From Minisyncoccota bacterium (GTDB lineage Bacteria > Patescibacteriota > Minisyncoccia > Phycocordibacterales > JBAYGS01), in NCBI GenBank assembly GCA_041666545.1, contig JBAYGS010000002.1, positions 106,395 through 170,394 of the forward strand: 64,000 nucleotides of DNA. Direction: 5' to 3'. Of this stretch, positions 10,299 to 19,898 are shown piece after piece. Made by a program: the position numbers and the translations under genes. Position 1 is the stretch's first letter. Each line of letters opens with the position of its first letter. The notes under the pieces are model-generated. The model had not been told where the DNA came from. It did no database searches and saw only the letters and a program-made list of their open reading frames with translations.

Positions 10299-12179
10299 AT
10301 GCAAAACATTAGAAATTTCAGCATCATCGCTCATATTGATCATGGTAAGTCGACTTTAGCCGATCGGCTTTTGGAGTTTACTCACACTATCGAAAAGAGA
10401 AAAATGCATGATCAAGTGCTTGATTCGATGGAGCTTGAGCGGGAGCGGGGAATTACTATCAAGATGACACCGGTCCGAATGATTTACAGAGTAAATCATT
10501 CAGAAACACCAAATTCTAAATCCGAAGTTCCAAACAAATCTCAAATCCAAAATTCAAATGATCAAGATAATTTCGAGTTTGCAAATTCAGAATATGTTCT
10601 GAATCTGATTGATACTCCTGGGCACATCGATTTTTCCTATGAAGTGTCGCGCGCTCTGAAGGCGGTTGAGGGTTCACTACTTTTAGTTGACGCTACGCAG
10701 GGTGTGCAGGCTCAAACTCTCACTACGCTCGGCATGGCGCGCGAGCAAGGTCTGGTGATTATTCCGGTTGTCACAAAAATTGATTCGCCTTTGGCAAGAG
10801 TTGTCGAAGTTAAGCAAGAATTGGCCAAATTGCTGAATATTTCGGAAGCGGAAATCCTGGAAGTTTCCGGACGAACCGGAGAAGGTGTACCAAAGTTGCT
10901 TGAAGAAATTGTGAAGCGGGTTCCACCTCCGAAAGAAGAATTTTCTCAAAGTGGATCTTTTCGGGGTTTGGTTTTTGATTTTCAATACTCCAATCATACC
11001 GGCGTGATTGTTTATTTGAGAGTTTTTGATGGGACTGTCACCAAATTCGATAAGTTGCTTTTTTGTGTGGCGGGTGAAAGTTTTTCGCCAATTGAGGTGG
11101 GGATTTTTTCTCCTGATTTGAGGCCCCGGGACTCTTTGGGTGCCGGAGAAATCGGTTATATTGTGACAGGAATTAAAAAGCCGGGCATTGCCTCGGTTGG
11201 AGACACCATCACTCTCGCCAAAAAGCCTTTGCCGGCACTTTCCGGCTACCAGCGCCCGAAGCCGGTGGTTTGGGCCTCGGTTTATCCCGAAAGTCAGGAT
11301 GATTTCATATTATTGCGACAGGCGCTCGATCGGCTATGTTTGTCTGATTCGTCTTTCACCTATGAAGAGGAATCGTCTGGACTTCTGGGTCGGGGTTTCC
11401 GGTGCGGTTTCTTGGGGATGCTTCATTTGGAAATTATTTCTGAACGATTGCATCGTGAATTTAATTTGAATTTAGTTGTCACGACACCTTCGATTACTTA
11501 TGAAATTGAAGATAAAAAAGGGAAGCAGATTATTGCCTATTCTCCTTCGGCCTTTCCAGATTACGGCCAGATTGCCAAAGTCTTTGAGCCTTGGGCGGAT
11601 TTGCAAATAATCTTGCCGGCAGAGTATTTGGGCAATCTGATGTCGTTGCTTTTTGAACATGAGGCGATTGTCGGCGCCACCGAAAATTTTGGCGATAACC
11701 GCACCTCGGTCTCGGTCGCGATGCCTTTGCGTGAACTGATGCGCAATTTTTTCGATAAACTTAAGAGTGTCTCCTCCGGTTTTGCGTCGTTGTCTTATCA
11801 AATCGGCGAGAGCAAGGAGGCTGATGTTGTTCGGTTGGAAATTTTGGTTGCCGACGAGCCGGTACCGGCGTTCTCCAGAATCGTTTCGCGGAAGAGAGTT
11901 GAATTGGAGTCGGAGGAGGCTGTAGAAAAGCTTTACAAAATTTTACCTCGACAGATGTTTACTACGAAAATTCAAGGACAGGCCTTGGGTCGGATTATTT
12001 CTTCTCGAACTATTTCGGCTATGAAAAAGGATGTCACGCAACATATGTATGGTGGCGATATTACTCGTAAGATGAAACTGCGTGAACGACAAAAAGAAGG
12101 CAAAAAGAGAATGAAGGCGAGAGGTAAGGTTAATATTCCCCAAGATGTCTTTTTGAAAATGTTGAGATCCGGGGAGTAG
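10299..12179 (+). CDS. lepA: Elongation factor 4, with a ~30 aa insertion in the G domain
   Basis: IRNFSIIAHIDHGKSTLADR, DTPGH, GFRCGFLG.LH, YGGDITRK. Confidence 0.97.
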   Translation: MQNIRNFSIIAHIDHGKSTLADRLLEFTHTIEKRKMHDQVLDSMELERERGITIKMTPVRMIYRVNHSETPNSKSEVPNKSQIQNSNDQDNFEFANSEYVLNLIDTPGHIDFSYEVSRALKAVEGSLLLVDATQGVQAQTLTTLGMAREQGLVIIPVVTKIDSPLARVVEVKQELAKLLNISEAEILEVSGRTGEGVPKLLEEIVKRVPPPKEEFSQSGSFRGLVFDFQYSNHTGVIVYLRVFDGTVTKFDKLLFCVAGESFSPIEVGIFSPDLRPRDSLGAGEIGYIVTGIKKPGIASVGDTITLAKKPLPALSGYQRPKPVVWASVYPESQDDFILLRQALDRLCLSDSSFTYEEESSGLLGRGFRCGFLGMLHLEIISERLHREFNLNLVVTTPSITYEIEDKKGKQIIAYSPSAFPDYGQIAKVFEPWADLQIILPAEYLGNLMSLLFEHEAIVGATENFGDNRTSVSVAMPLRELMRNFFDKLKSVSSGFASLSYQIGESKEADVVRLEILVADEPVPAFSRIVSRKRVELESEEAVEKLYKILPRQMFTTKIQGQALGRIISSRTISAMKKDVTQHMYGGDITRKMKLRERQKEGKKRMKARGKVNIPQDVFLKMLRSGE

Positions 12180-12256
12180 TCTCGAGTTTGCCGGTTTTGT
12201 CAGACGGTTGCAAGGGGAGGGCTTTCTGCTAAGATGTAAAAAGAGAAAGGCCTGAT

Positions 12257-12478
12257 ATGATACTTGCAATTTCTACGGCTACGGTCGGTTTCCTTGCGGT
12301 GGTGGCTTTGATTTTGGTTTGTCTGGCCGTCAAGATTTGGCGGCGGATGGGCTTGGTCGGGATTATCATCTGGCTGGGAATCTGCTCCGCCTACCTTCTG
12401 GGCGCACTTTGGTTTATCGTGGCCTGGCCGTTTGCTTGTTTTCGGAAAGATAAGTCAATAGCCACGGCTCACAAATAG
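12257..12478 (+). CDS. Small membrane protein
   Basis: Two TM segments; followed by a bidirectional hairpin at 12480-12507. Confidence 0.55.
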   Translation: MILAISTATVGFLAVVALILVCLAVKIWRRMGLVGIIIWLGICSAYLLGALWFIVAWPFACFRKDKSIATAHK

Positions 12479-12513
12479 CAAAACAGCCCCCATCTGGGGC
12501 TGTTTTTAACTGT

Positions 12514-12624
12514 CTACTGATAGAGGTTTGGCATGTAGAGGATAATCATACTGATGATGATGAGAATCGACATGATGATCCAGATAATGTTGATTATCTT
12601 TTTACTCTTTTTGTGAAAAAGCAT
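12514..12624 (-). CDS. 36-aa single-TM microprotein (MLFHKKSKKIINIIWIIMSILIIISMIILYMPNLYQ), not in the ORF track
   Basis: Hand translation; basic N-terminus plus TM helix; upstream TATAAC; converges on hairpin 12480-12507. Confidence 0.6.
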   Translation of the reverse strand: MLFHKKSKKIINIIWIIMSILIIISMIILYMPNLYQ

Positions 12625-12688
12625 ATGAGTGGGCTCTGCAGTTATCTGTTATACTAAAAGCGCAGATTAAGGCTATTTTCGCATCTTT

Positions 12689-13063
12689 ATGAGAGAATTT
12701 CAAGAAAGGAGAAAAATTAAGCGTCTGATCTATTCCCAGCTGACCTTGGTGGTTTTAATTTTGTTTTTTTTGCTTCTGGTCAAGGCTACTTGGGGAGTTT
12801 ATGAAAAGAATAAGCTAAGCGCTAATAAATTGACTGAAACCGAGAAAGAATATAATTCGCTCCAGCTTCGCAGGTCAGAACTCGGTGTTAAAGTGAATTC
12901 TTTGGAGACTGAATCGGGTGTTGAGGCGGCAATTCGGGAAAAATTTCCGGTGGCCAAGGCGGGGGAGAAGGTGGTTTTTATTGTCGACCAATCGGCGACC
13001 AATTCCAGTTCGGAAGCCAAGAGCTCCGGTTTTTGGAGTTGGCTTGTCGGCTTGTTTAAGTAA
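12689..13063 (+). CDS. Septum formation initiator (FtsB/DivIC family)
   Basis: TM helix, coiled coil, E..IREKF...GEKV motif. Confidence 0.75.
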   Translation: MREFQERRKIKRLIYSQLTLVVLILFFLLLVKATWGVYEKNKLSANKLTETEKEYNSLQLRRSELGVKVNSLETESGVEAAIREKFPVAKAGEKVVFIVDQSATNSSSEAKSSGFWSWLVGLFK

Positions 13064-13076
13064 GGCTCTAATGTTG

Positions 13077-13147
13077 TGCGGGTAGGGGTAATCGAAACCC
13101 CGTCTCATGCTTGGGAAGCACGCATATTGCCACTATACTATACCCGC
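13077..13147 (-). tRNA. tRNA-Gly(CCC)
   Basis: Cloverleaf GCGGGTA...TACCCGCA, anticodon loop TT-CCC-AA, TTCGA T-loop. Confidence 0.93.
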
Positions 13148-13246
13148 CTACTGTGAAAATATACCACTAATTTCGGCAGACGATAAGTCTTGAAGTCTTG
13201 CGGTTGTGATATAATAATTTGGCTTTATAAATAACTTCTAAACAAC

Positions 13247-13480
13247 ATGAAAAATGTGACTATTTATTCGACTGCGACCTGCCACTTTTGCCACCTGGCC
13301 AAGGATTTCTTCAATGCTAACGGAGTAAAGTTTACCGATTACAATGTTGGAACCGATTTGGCCAAGAGACAGGAGATGATTGATAAGAGCGGGCAAATGG
13401 GGGTGCCGGTGATTGAGATTGGAGATGAGTTAATTGTCGGATTTGACGAGGCGAAGATCTCTAGTTTGTTGGGAATCTAA
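13247..13480 (+). CDS. Glutaredoxin/NrdH-like redoxin
   Basis: CHFC active site, GQMGVPVI, GFD. Confidence 0.9.
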   Translation: MKNVTIYSTATCHFCHLAKDFFNANGVKFTDYNVGTDLAKRQEMIDKSGQMGVPVIEIGDELIVGFDEAKISSLLGI

Positions 13481-13583
13481 GGGAAGTATAAGTATAAAGT
13501 ATAGGTATAAGTATAAAGATAAGACAAAAACCTTGGAGCAGATGCTTCAAGGTTTTTGGTTTGTGTGATATCTTAATTTCATT

Positions 13584-13655
13584 GCCCTCGTAGTTCAACG
13601 GATAGAACAGGCCCGTCCTAAGGGTCTGATGTCAGTTCAATTCTGGCCGAGGGCA
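13584..13655 (+). tRNA. tRNA-Arg(CCT)
   Basis: GCCCTCG/CGAGGGC acceptor stem, anticodon CCT, GTTCAATT T-loop. Confidence 0.92.
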
Positions 13656-13785
13656 CAAAACGAAGTTTTGGCCGAGAGCAAGCAACTGCTTGCTTGTGTG
13701 CCGGAATTGAAAGGCTTTTCCTTATCGACTCTGGGAGATGGAAAAGCACCTGGCTACGTGGTAGTCAATTCTGGCCGAGGGCACA
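13637..13785 (+). repeat. 21-bp direct repeat of the tRNA-Arg 3' end (13637-13657 / 13765-13785) around a structured spacer
   Basis: tcaattctggccgagggcaca twice; inverted copy gccggaattgaa at 13700-13711. Confidence 0.85.
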
Positions 13786-13864
13786 TGAATAAGTGAGTAG
13801 TGGGTAGTTTGGGAAGTACTAGATTTCCTGTGCTATAATCATTTTGTCTTTAACAATAAACTAA

Positions 13865-13910
13865 TAATCCCGACGTCAGAAGTCGGGATCCCGACCGAAG
13901 CGTTGGGGCT
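13865..13910. repeat. REP-like palindromic element (cccgacgtcagaagtcggg family)
   Basis: Related copies at ~58277-58334, ~61291-61350, ~62742-62773. Confidence 0.8.
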
Positions 13911-13925
13911 AACTACTCACTTCTT

Positions 13926-14204
13926 ATGAATCCCGACGAAAAACAAATGCTCCGCGATATTGCCGAGCAGGTGGCCGAGAATAATAAACTTCTGCATAAG
14001 CTTTATAGCAAGGCCAGATGGGGGACAGTTGTCAGGGCCGCGTACTGGCTCGTGATTATCGGTCTATCGGTGGGGTCGTATTACTTCATCCAGCCCTATG
14101 TAAACCAGTTGATGGGTGTCTATAGTGGTTTAGGTGCGGATGTTGGCACTGTAAAAAGCGTGGCCGGTGGAGCGACTGATTTGTTGAAAAATCTCGGCAG
14201 ATAG
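13926..14204 (+). CDS. Hypothetical single-TM protein
   Basis: 92 aa ORF with ENNKLL motif and one TM helix. Confidence 0.7.
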   Translation: MNPDEKQMLRDIAEQVAENNKLLHKLYSKARWGTVVRAAYWLVIIGLSVGSYYFIQPYVNQLMGVYSGLGADVGTVKSVAGGATDLLKNLGR

Positions 14205-14239
14205 GCTAAACTCTCTAGGTCTGGGTCTGCCAGATAAAT

Positions 14240-14315
14240 GCCGAGATAGCTCAGTTGGTAGAGCATTCCCCTGAAGAGGGAAGGGTCCCCAGTTCGAACC
14301 TGGGTCTCGGCACCA
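14240..14315 (+). tRNA. tRNA-Phe(GAA)
   Basis: Canonical cloverleaf, encoded CCA. Confidence 0.96.
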
Positions 14316-14363
14316 AAATATTAAAACAAAACCAAAACCGCCCTAGGGCGGTTTTGGTTTGGC

Positions 14364-14822
14364 TTATGAATTTGATTTGACCCGGAGTTTGGTTTGCTTG
14401 CCTTTGTCAATCTTCGGCAGACGAATCGTAAGGAGGCCGTGTTTCTCGGAAGCATCGGCTTCGTCGGCTTGGACCTCGGCCGGTAGGAGAATGGTCCTAG
14501 AAAATGAGCCCCAATAGAGTTCCTTGACGAAATAATCCTCGTCAGCTACCTCGTGGGTTTCTTCACGGGTGCCTTTGATTGTCACCATATCTCTGGTGAT
14601 GGAAATATCGAGGTCTTCCGGTTTGACTCCGGCGACCATGGCCTTGACGATAATTTCATTGGGGGTCTGATGGACATCAACTGTCAGCTGGCCGACATCG
14701 CCACCTTCCTCCAGCCAATTTTCACCTTTTTCCTCAATCTCGGAGCCGGCATCGTCATTCATCGCCTTCTCATCAAGTCGAATAGTACCGGTTAATTTTT
14801 CAAAAAAAGATCTCTTGGCCAT
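14364..14822 (-). CDS. Hsp20/alpha-crystallin small heat-shock protein
   Basis: AGVKPEDLDI, ELYWGSFSRTI.LP, GLLTIRLPK. Confidence 0.92.
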   Translation of the reverse strand: MAKRSFFEKLTGTIRLDEKAMNDDAGSEIEEKGENWLEEGGDVGQLTVDVHQTPNEIIVKAMVAGVKPEDLDISITRDMVTIKGTREETHEVADEDYFVKELYWGSFSRTILLPAEVQADEADASEKHGLLTIRLPKIDKGKQTKLRVKSNS

Positions 14823-14827
14823 ATGAT

Positions 14828-15517
14828 TTAATTTTTAAACTTGCTAATGGTTTTTACTTTTTCAAAGATTAGGATAAGTAGAATTATCGTCATCCAAACG
14901 ACTGAAAAGACGGCAATTACTTTCTCATTACTTACATCTATTATAAAAGAGTTGAAGAGGGTGTGCAATGTAATGGCGAGGACAACCCCGAGAATAAGGA
15001 ACCAGTTCTTTATCTTTCGACTGCGGTAGTAGACCAAGGCCATGGAGGCGCCCAAAATCCCTGAGGTGCAGACATGGAGCAAGCTGGCGCCTACAAAGCG
15101 GAGGTTTCCGGAGATTAAGGAACCAATAATGTCGCCTTTCAATAGTGGGGTGATGATGAACAGGGTATTTTCCAAGGCGGCAAAGCCTAGGGCGGCGGTG
15201 ATGAGGTAGATCATTGGGTCGAGCGGTTCGTCGCAGTGTTTACTTTCTAAGCAGAAAGCGGCGGCAACAAATTTGAGCATTTCCTCGATTGTGGCCCAGA
15301 TTATGATAGTCATGAGCAATGAGAGGCGATAATCAGAGACCTGGCTCTCCAGCCAGCCGGCGACTGGCACCACAATCATACCGGCCAAAAAAGCCGACAG
15401 GAGCATGCCTCGCGGTTCGGGGTGAAGGCGGTCTTCTCTAATCCAAAACCAGAGCCAGAAAAGTGCCGGTAGAATCCCGCCCAGCATTGCCCAAATTATA
15501 GTGTTGATAGAAAACAT
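14828..15517 (-). CDS. PrsW-family intramembrane protease
   Basis: HPEP, EE..K, GFAALEN, H motifs. Confidence 0.88.
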   Translation of the reverse strand: MFSINTIIWAMLGGILPALFWLWFWIREDRLHPEPRGMLLSAFLAGMIVVPVAGWLESQVSDYRLSLLMTIIIWATIEEMLKFVAAAFCLESKHCDEPLDPMIYLITAALGFAALENTLFIITPLLKGDIIGSLISGNLRFVGASLLHVCTSGILGASMALVYYRSRKIKNWFLILGVVLAITLHTLFNSFIIDVSNEKVIAVFSVVWMTIILLILIFEKVKTISKFKN

Positions 15518-15620
15518 GTTTAGCTAGTTTATAGTGAGTAGTTTGTAGTGGGTAGTGGGGAGAGTGAATGCTAGCTGATTTTTTACAACTGCAAACTACT
15601 CACTACGCACTACCAACTAA

Positions 15621-17813
15621 TTAGATTGGCCACTTTGAGACCATCAGTAATTGCTGGTCGGTGATTTCCTTTGCTAGGTTGGACCAGATTTCCTCGGTCA
15701 CAAAAGGGATGAAGGGGTGAAGAGTAATCAGGAGTTTTTGCAGAGTGTGGAGTAAAAATTGTGCGCGGGAATTTTTTTCGGCTTCAGTGCCAGTCGCGAA
15801 AATTGTTTTGGTCTCCTCGAGAATTATATCAGCCAAATTGTGCCAAGTGTAGTGGTATAGCTTTTCGCCAACCAGGTAAAATTTATACTCGTCCATTTCT
15901 TTGGTGATTTCGGTAATTAGAGCATCTCGTTCTTTGATTAAAGTCGAGTCTTTTTCGGTGTAAGTCTTGAAATTGGCATCAAATTTATGGCCGGATGTTT
16001 TCTCCAAAATAAATCGGGTGATGTTCCAAAGCTTGTTGGCAAAATTCTTGTAACCGCGAATTTTATCCTCGGAAAGCGCAAGTGAAGTGCCTGGCGTGTT
16101 ACCGATTACCATGCCCATTCGGAAAGCATCAGTGCCAAATTTGTCGGTCAGGTCGAGTGGATTGATGACATTGCCTTTGCTCTTGCTCATCTTTTGACCC
16201 TTAGCGTCGAGAACCAGGCCGTGCAAGTAAACGGTTTTAAATGGAATTTTTCCGGTGCGGTAAAGTCCCAGCATAATCATTCTTGATACCCAAAAGAAGA
16301 TGATTTCGCCAGCAGTTTCCATCACATCCGTTGGGTAATAATCCTTGAAGTCTTTACTGTCCGGGAAACCGAGAGTGGCAAAAGGCCATTGCCCCGACGA
16401 GAACCAGGTATCAAAGGTATCGTTGTCCTGTCTTAACTGGCCACCACATTTTTCGCACTTCTCTAATTTATTGTCTAAATCGACAAAGCCATCATTGCAG
16501 GAGTCGCAGATTTTGGCCGGAATTGGGATACCCCAGACAATTTGACGAGAAATATTCCAGTCAATGATATTTTCCAACCAGTGGACACTGATTTTTTCAT
16601 AATGTTCCGGAATATATTTAATCTCGCCGCTTTTGATAACATTGAGCGCTTTTTCGGCGAGCGGCTTCATTCTGATAAACCACTGGCTTTTGATTTGAGG
16701 CTCGATTGTCGTGCCACATTTGTAGCAGGTGCGAACGACATGCTTGTACTTTTCATCGATTTTTTCTACTAAACCTTTGGCTTTAAGTTTCTCAATGATT
16801 AGCGGTCGGGCTTTATTGATGCTCATTCCGGCAAATTCGCCAGCAATCGGCAATAGCTTGCCTCGTTCGTCGATGACCTGTTCTTTGTCCAAATTATGTC
16901 TCTCGGCAATTTCAAAGTCTACTGGGTCGTGCCACGGAGTGATGGTCATGACGCCGGTGCCAAATTCCATATCGATAGCCTCGTCTTTGACGACGGTCGC
17001 GGTGATTGGGCCATTTATCCACTCGAGCTCGATTTTCTGGCCGTCTTTGTACTCGGCATAACGCTTATCTTTCGGATGCATGACAACATATTTGTCGCCG
17101 AATTTGGTTTCTGGGCGCGCGGTGGAAATTGTAAATGGTCCGTATTTCAAATAATAAAATTGGTCGATTTTTTCTTCGTCCTTGATTTCCAGGTCGGAAA
17201 AAGAAGTTTGGTGTTTGGGGCACCAGCTGATGATTTTCTTACCTCGATAGAGTAGTTTGTCGTCGGAGAGTTGCTTGAAAGTCTGATAAACGGTTTTGAC
17301 GATATTCTCATCAAGGGTAAATCTTTCGCGCGACCAATCACACGAAGCGCCAATTTTTCGGACTTGCGACTTGATGTTGCTGGAATTTTTCAGAGTGAAG
17401 TCGAGAATTTCCTGGTAGAGTTTTTTAGGTTCGATTTCAAAACGCGAGCGACCTTCTTTTTCCAATTGTTTTTCATAAACTACCTGCGTCTCAAAACCGG
17501 CATGGTCGAGTCCGGGTAGCCAGAGGGTTTTGAAGCCCTTGAGGCGCTTGTAGCGGATGATGATGTCCTCGATAGTCATAACCAAGCCGTGGCCGGCATG
17601 AAGCGAGCCGTTGGCATTGGTCGGGGGCATTATTAGGGTGAAGTGAGTAGTGGGTAGTGAGTAGTGAGTAGTGGGGAGGTTGTCAGGATTGAAAAAACCG
17701 CTCTTTTCCCAGAGCTGGTAAATTTTCTCCTCGGTCTCCTTGGGGTCGTAGGGTTTTAGGAATTTCTCAGGGATATTATACAAATTTTGGATTTCGGGTT
17801 TTGGGTCCGCCAT
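15621..17813 (-). CDS. valS: Valine--tRNA ligase (short form; true start ATG 17813)
   Basis: HAGH, DHAG, WNISRQ, DTWFSS, KMSKS; sequence upstream of MADPK crosses a terminator. Confidence 0.93.
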   Translation of the reverse strand: MADPKPEIQNLYNIPEKFLKPYDPKETEEKIYQLWEKSGFFNPDNLPTTHYSLPTTHFTLIMPPTNANGSLHAGHGLVMTIEDIIIRYKRLKGFKTLWLPGLDHAGFETQVVYEKQLEKEGRSRFEIEPKKLYQEILDFTLKNSSNIKSQVRKIGASCDWSRERFTLDENIVKTVYQTFKQLSDDKLLYRGKKIISWCPKHQTSFSDLEIKDEEKIDQFYYLKYGPFTISTARPETKFGDKYVVMHPKDKRYAEYKDGQKIELEWINGPITATVVKDEAIDMEFGTGVMTITPWHDPVDFEIAERHNLDKEQVIDERGKLLPIAGEFAGMSINKARPLIIEKLKAKGLVEKIDEKYKHVVRTCYKCGTTIEPQIKSQWFIRMKPLAEKALNVIKSGEIKYIPEHYEKISVHWLENIIDWNISRQIVWGIPIPAKICDSCNDGFVDLDNKLEKCEKCGGQLRQDNDTFDTWFSSGQWPFATLGFPDSKDFKDYYPTDVMETAGEIIFFWVSRMIMLGLYRTGKIPFKTVYLHGLVLDAKGQKMSKSKGNVINPLDLTDKFGTDAFRMGMVIGNTPGTSLALSEDKIRGYKNFANKLWNITRFILEKTSGHKFDANFKTYTEKDSTLIKERDALITEITKEMDEYKFYLVGEKLYHYTWHNLADIILEETKTIFATGTEAEKNSRAQFLLHTLQKLLITLHPFIPFVTEEIWSNLAKEITDQQLLMVSKWPI

Positions 17814-17844
17814 CGCCAAATCATAGCAAAAAATATGGCTTAAA

Positions 17845-18366
17845 ACAAAAAACAAACCCCGGTCGCAAATGCGATCGGGGTTGCCACGACTTTTGGTGAA
17901 AAGTGTGGCGGGGAAATCGTGCCGGGTCGGATTTCTCCAAACCCGGCAGAGGAACGGTGGGGCGCGAGGGCGACTGAGCGGGAATGGACTAGTCCCCGGG
18001 AGGGAGGCCAATCCTTTTTGCGTGCTCTTTGTGCGCCGATGGCTAATTCGCCGGACACATGGGAGAGAGTCTCTCCGTGTCACCGTTTAAGCGCGGCGAT
18101 TTTTCGGGGCCCAACAATCGGCGTTTCCTTTTTTAGGTTGCCGGTTGCCCTGCAGGGGTTTTGGTTTCTACGTTCGAATACGACGCAGATCCCCAGGAGC
18201 CTTGAATGCCCGTACCTGTTCCAGATCGGATCACAGATGTCGGATTCTCCCTCCGAAAGGCGACTCTTGCGAGTCCTTGGATTTAACATCCTGACCGATC
18301 TCTCCGGTGATGGGCGGTTCGCTTGCGCAAGCCGCGTTGGTCACCGGTGATTCTTAAAGATCAACT
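17845..18366 (-). ncRNA. Candidate large structured ncRNA, copy 1
   Basis: Own promoter, boxA-like 5' sequence, many hairpins, intrinsic terminator at 17842-17882, no credible ORF. Confidence 0.6.
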
Positions 18367-18372
18367 ATCAGT

Positions 18373-18401
18373 AGTTTAGCATATTGGAGTATAAAAGTCA
18401 A
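18373..18401 (-). promoter_or_regulatory. Sigma70 promoter TTGACT-17-TAAACT with extended TG
   Basis: Reverse complement of agtttagca...agtcaa. Confidence 0.7.
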
Positions 18402-18644
18402 GCATTTTTCAAATAAGTTTTGAGTCCTCGTGAAATAAGCCCCTGTGTAGCCCTATTTTAGGTCAAAGGCTGACCTTTTTGTGAATCCGCGTGGTGAATC
18501 TTATGAAAATTAAAAGGCCCGAGCGCTTGCGCTCGGGCCTTAAATTACAGATTTAAATATAAAGTCAATGTTTTTTAAACATCCTGGCGCTTGTGTAATT
18601 TAGGGCTTGGGTTCATTATGGTGATATTAAAACAATAACTAATT

Positions 18645-19892
18645 TTGATGAAAACTGAACACCCCAATCTCCAAGAAGCTTCCCACGAGTCTCCTGGTCC
18701 ATTAGAAAAACTGCGTCTCATAAGAGAAGAAATTGAGAGACAAAAACGAGAAGGGATTAAAGCGGATGATGACAGAAAGGCGGCCATCATTGCCGAGGCT
18801 ACTGATATGGCCGAGGGTAATGCCAAATTGGCAGAGAGAAGTGTCCAATATTACAAGCCGAATTTTGACCGACCTCTAGTCGGCGCAGAAAGAGAGGAAG
18901 CGGAGATTGGGGAGAGAGTTTGGGGTCCAAAAGGTAGGTATGCTTTGGATCAAGAAATTCTTAGGTTAAATCAAAACTACGAAGCATTGGTCAAGGAGTT
19001 CGAAGGCGCAAAAGCTGATTTAGAAGCTTCGGCTAAGGGTTCTTCGGCTGAGGTATCTGCCGCGATTGCTGAAGCTAAAAAAGAGCTGGAGAAGATGAAA
19101 ATAACCCTGGATGAGAAGGTGGCCTTACTTAATAGAGGAGATGAGGAAGTGCCGGAGAAAATTGGGGCAGCCCGGGTAAATTGGAAGGGGTTTGACGAAG
19201 AGCAGAAGCGAACGATGGAGAATCCTGAACAATTCGCTGCCGAACAGATTTTGGAGGCCCGAAAACAGGCCGGCGAGACGGTAGGAGATATTTCACCAGA
19301 AGATTTGGCGAAGGCAGTTAATACTGAATCGAGGCGACGGGGACAGGTCAGAGCCGAGACCTCACAAAGAGAGGAGGCGGCGGAGATAAAAGCTACTCTG
19401 ACATCCTTGACGGAGCAGGTCAACAACCACAGGACTTTAGCCATGCAACATGCCGAAAATATACGCCAAGCATTGAGTGCTGGACGTGATGTGCCTACCT
19501 TGCCTAGTGTGGCGAGTCTTGAGAAACTGAGTGATGACTTGTTCGGGGCTTCGCGGAAAAGTTCTTGGTTCAGTTTTAAAAAGGACAACTTCTCAGAAGA
19601 AGCGTCTAAGATAAAAGCGCAGGCAGAGGCATTAAGGGAACCTCTACGCGGGGAAATTCGGAATGAAGTGGGTCTTGGCAGTAAACTTTTTGAACAGGCG
19701 GTCTATTTTGACCACAACAGAATTCTCAATTTAGGCTCATTAAGCGAAGAGGAGAGATCGGCGCTGAACGATCAAAGAGAAGCCCTTCGAAAACATGTGA
19801 GTGGGGTTAATCGTGAACTTAATGAGCAAATGAGTCAGCTCTTTGAATTGATTGAACAACGATTTTCAATGCTCTTCTCCAAAAAGCTTTAG
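18645..19892 (+). CDS. Hypothetical coiled-coil protein
   Basis: 415 aa, E/K/A-rich helical ORF. Confidence 0.7.
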   Translation: MMKTEHPNLQEASHESPGPLEKLRLIREEIERQKREGIKADDDRKAAIIAEATDMAEGNAKLAERSVQYYKPNFDRPLVGAEREEAEIGERVWGPKGRYALDQEILRLNQNYEALVKEFEGAKADLEASAKGSSAEVSAAIAEAKKELEKMKITLDEKVALLNRGDEEVPEKIGAARVNWKGFDEEQKRTMENPEQFAAEQILEARKQAGETVGDISPEDLAKAVNTESRRRGQVRAETSQREEAAEIKATLTSLTEQVNNHRTLAMQHAENIRQALSAGRDVPTLPSVASLEKLSDDLFGASRKSSWFSFKKDNFSEEASKIKAQAEALREPLRGEIRNEVGLGSKLFEQAVYFDHNRILNLGSLSEEERSALNDQREALRKHVSGVNRELNEQMSQLFELIEQRFSMLFSKKL

Positions 19893-19898
19893 GGTAAT

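Noticed and set aside
10492-10590. Intein or intron in lepA
   Set aside because: Only ~30 aa, in frame, with no C/S...HN splice residues or intron core; explained by a heptamer-type insert
17814-18083. N-terminal 90-aa extension of ValS in the ORF track
   Set aside because: It crosses a terminator and the structured non-coding region; the ATG at 17813 has its own -10
18080-18200. tmRNA interpretation (GGGGAT...TTCGA start and a short reading frame)
   Set aside because: No T-arm or G.U acceptor end with CCA, and the putative tag ends in LKR rather than an Ala-rich tail
17845-18366. T-box leader of valS
   Set aside because: No AAGGTGGNACC T-box sequence before the terminator, and valS has a separate promoter
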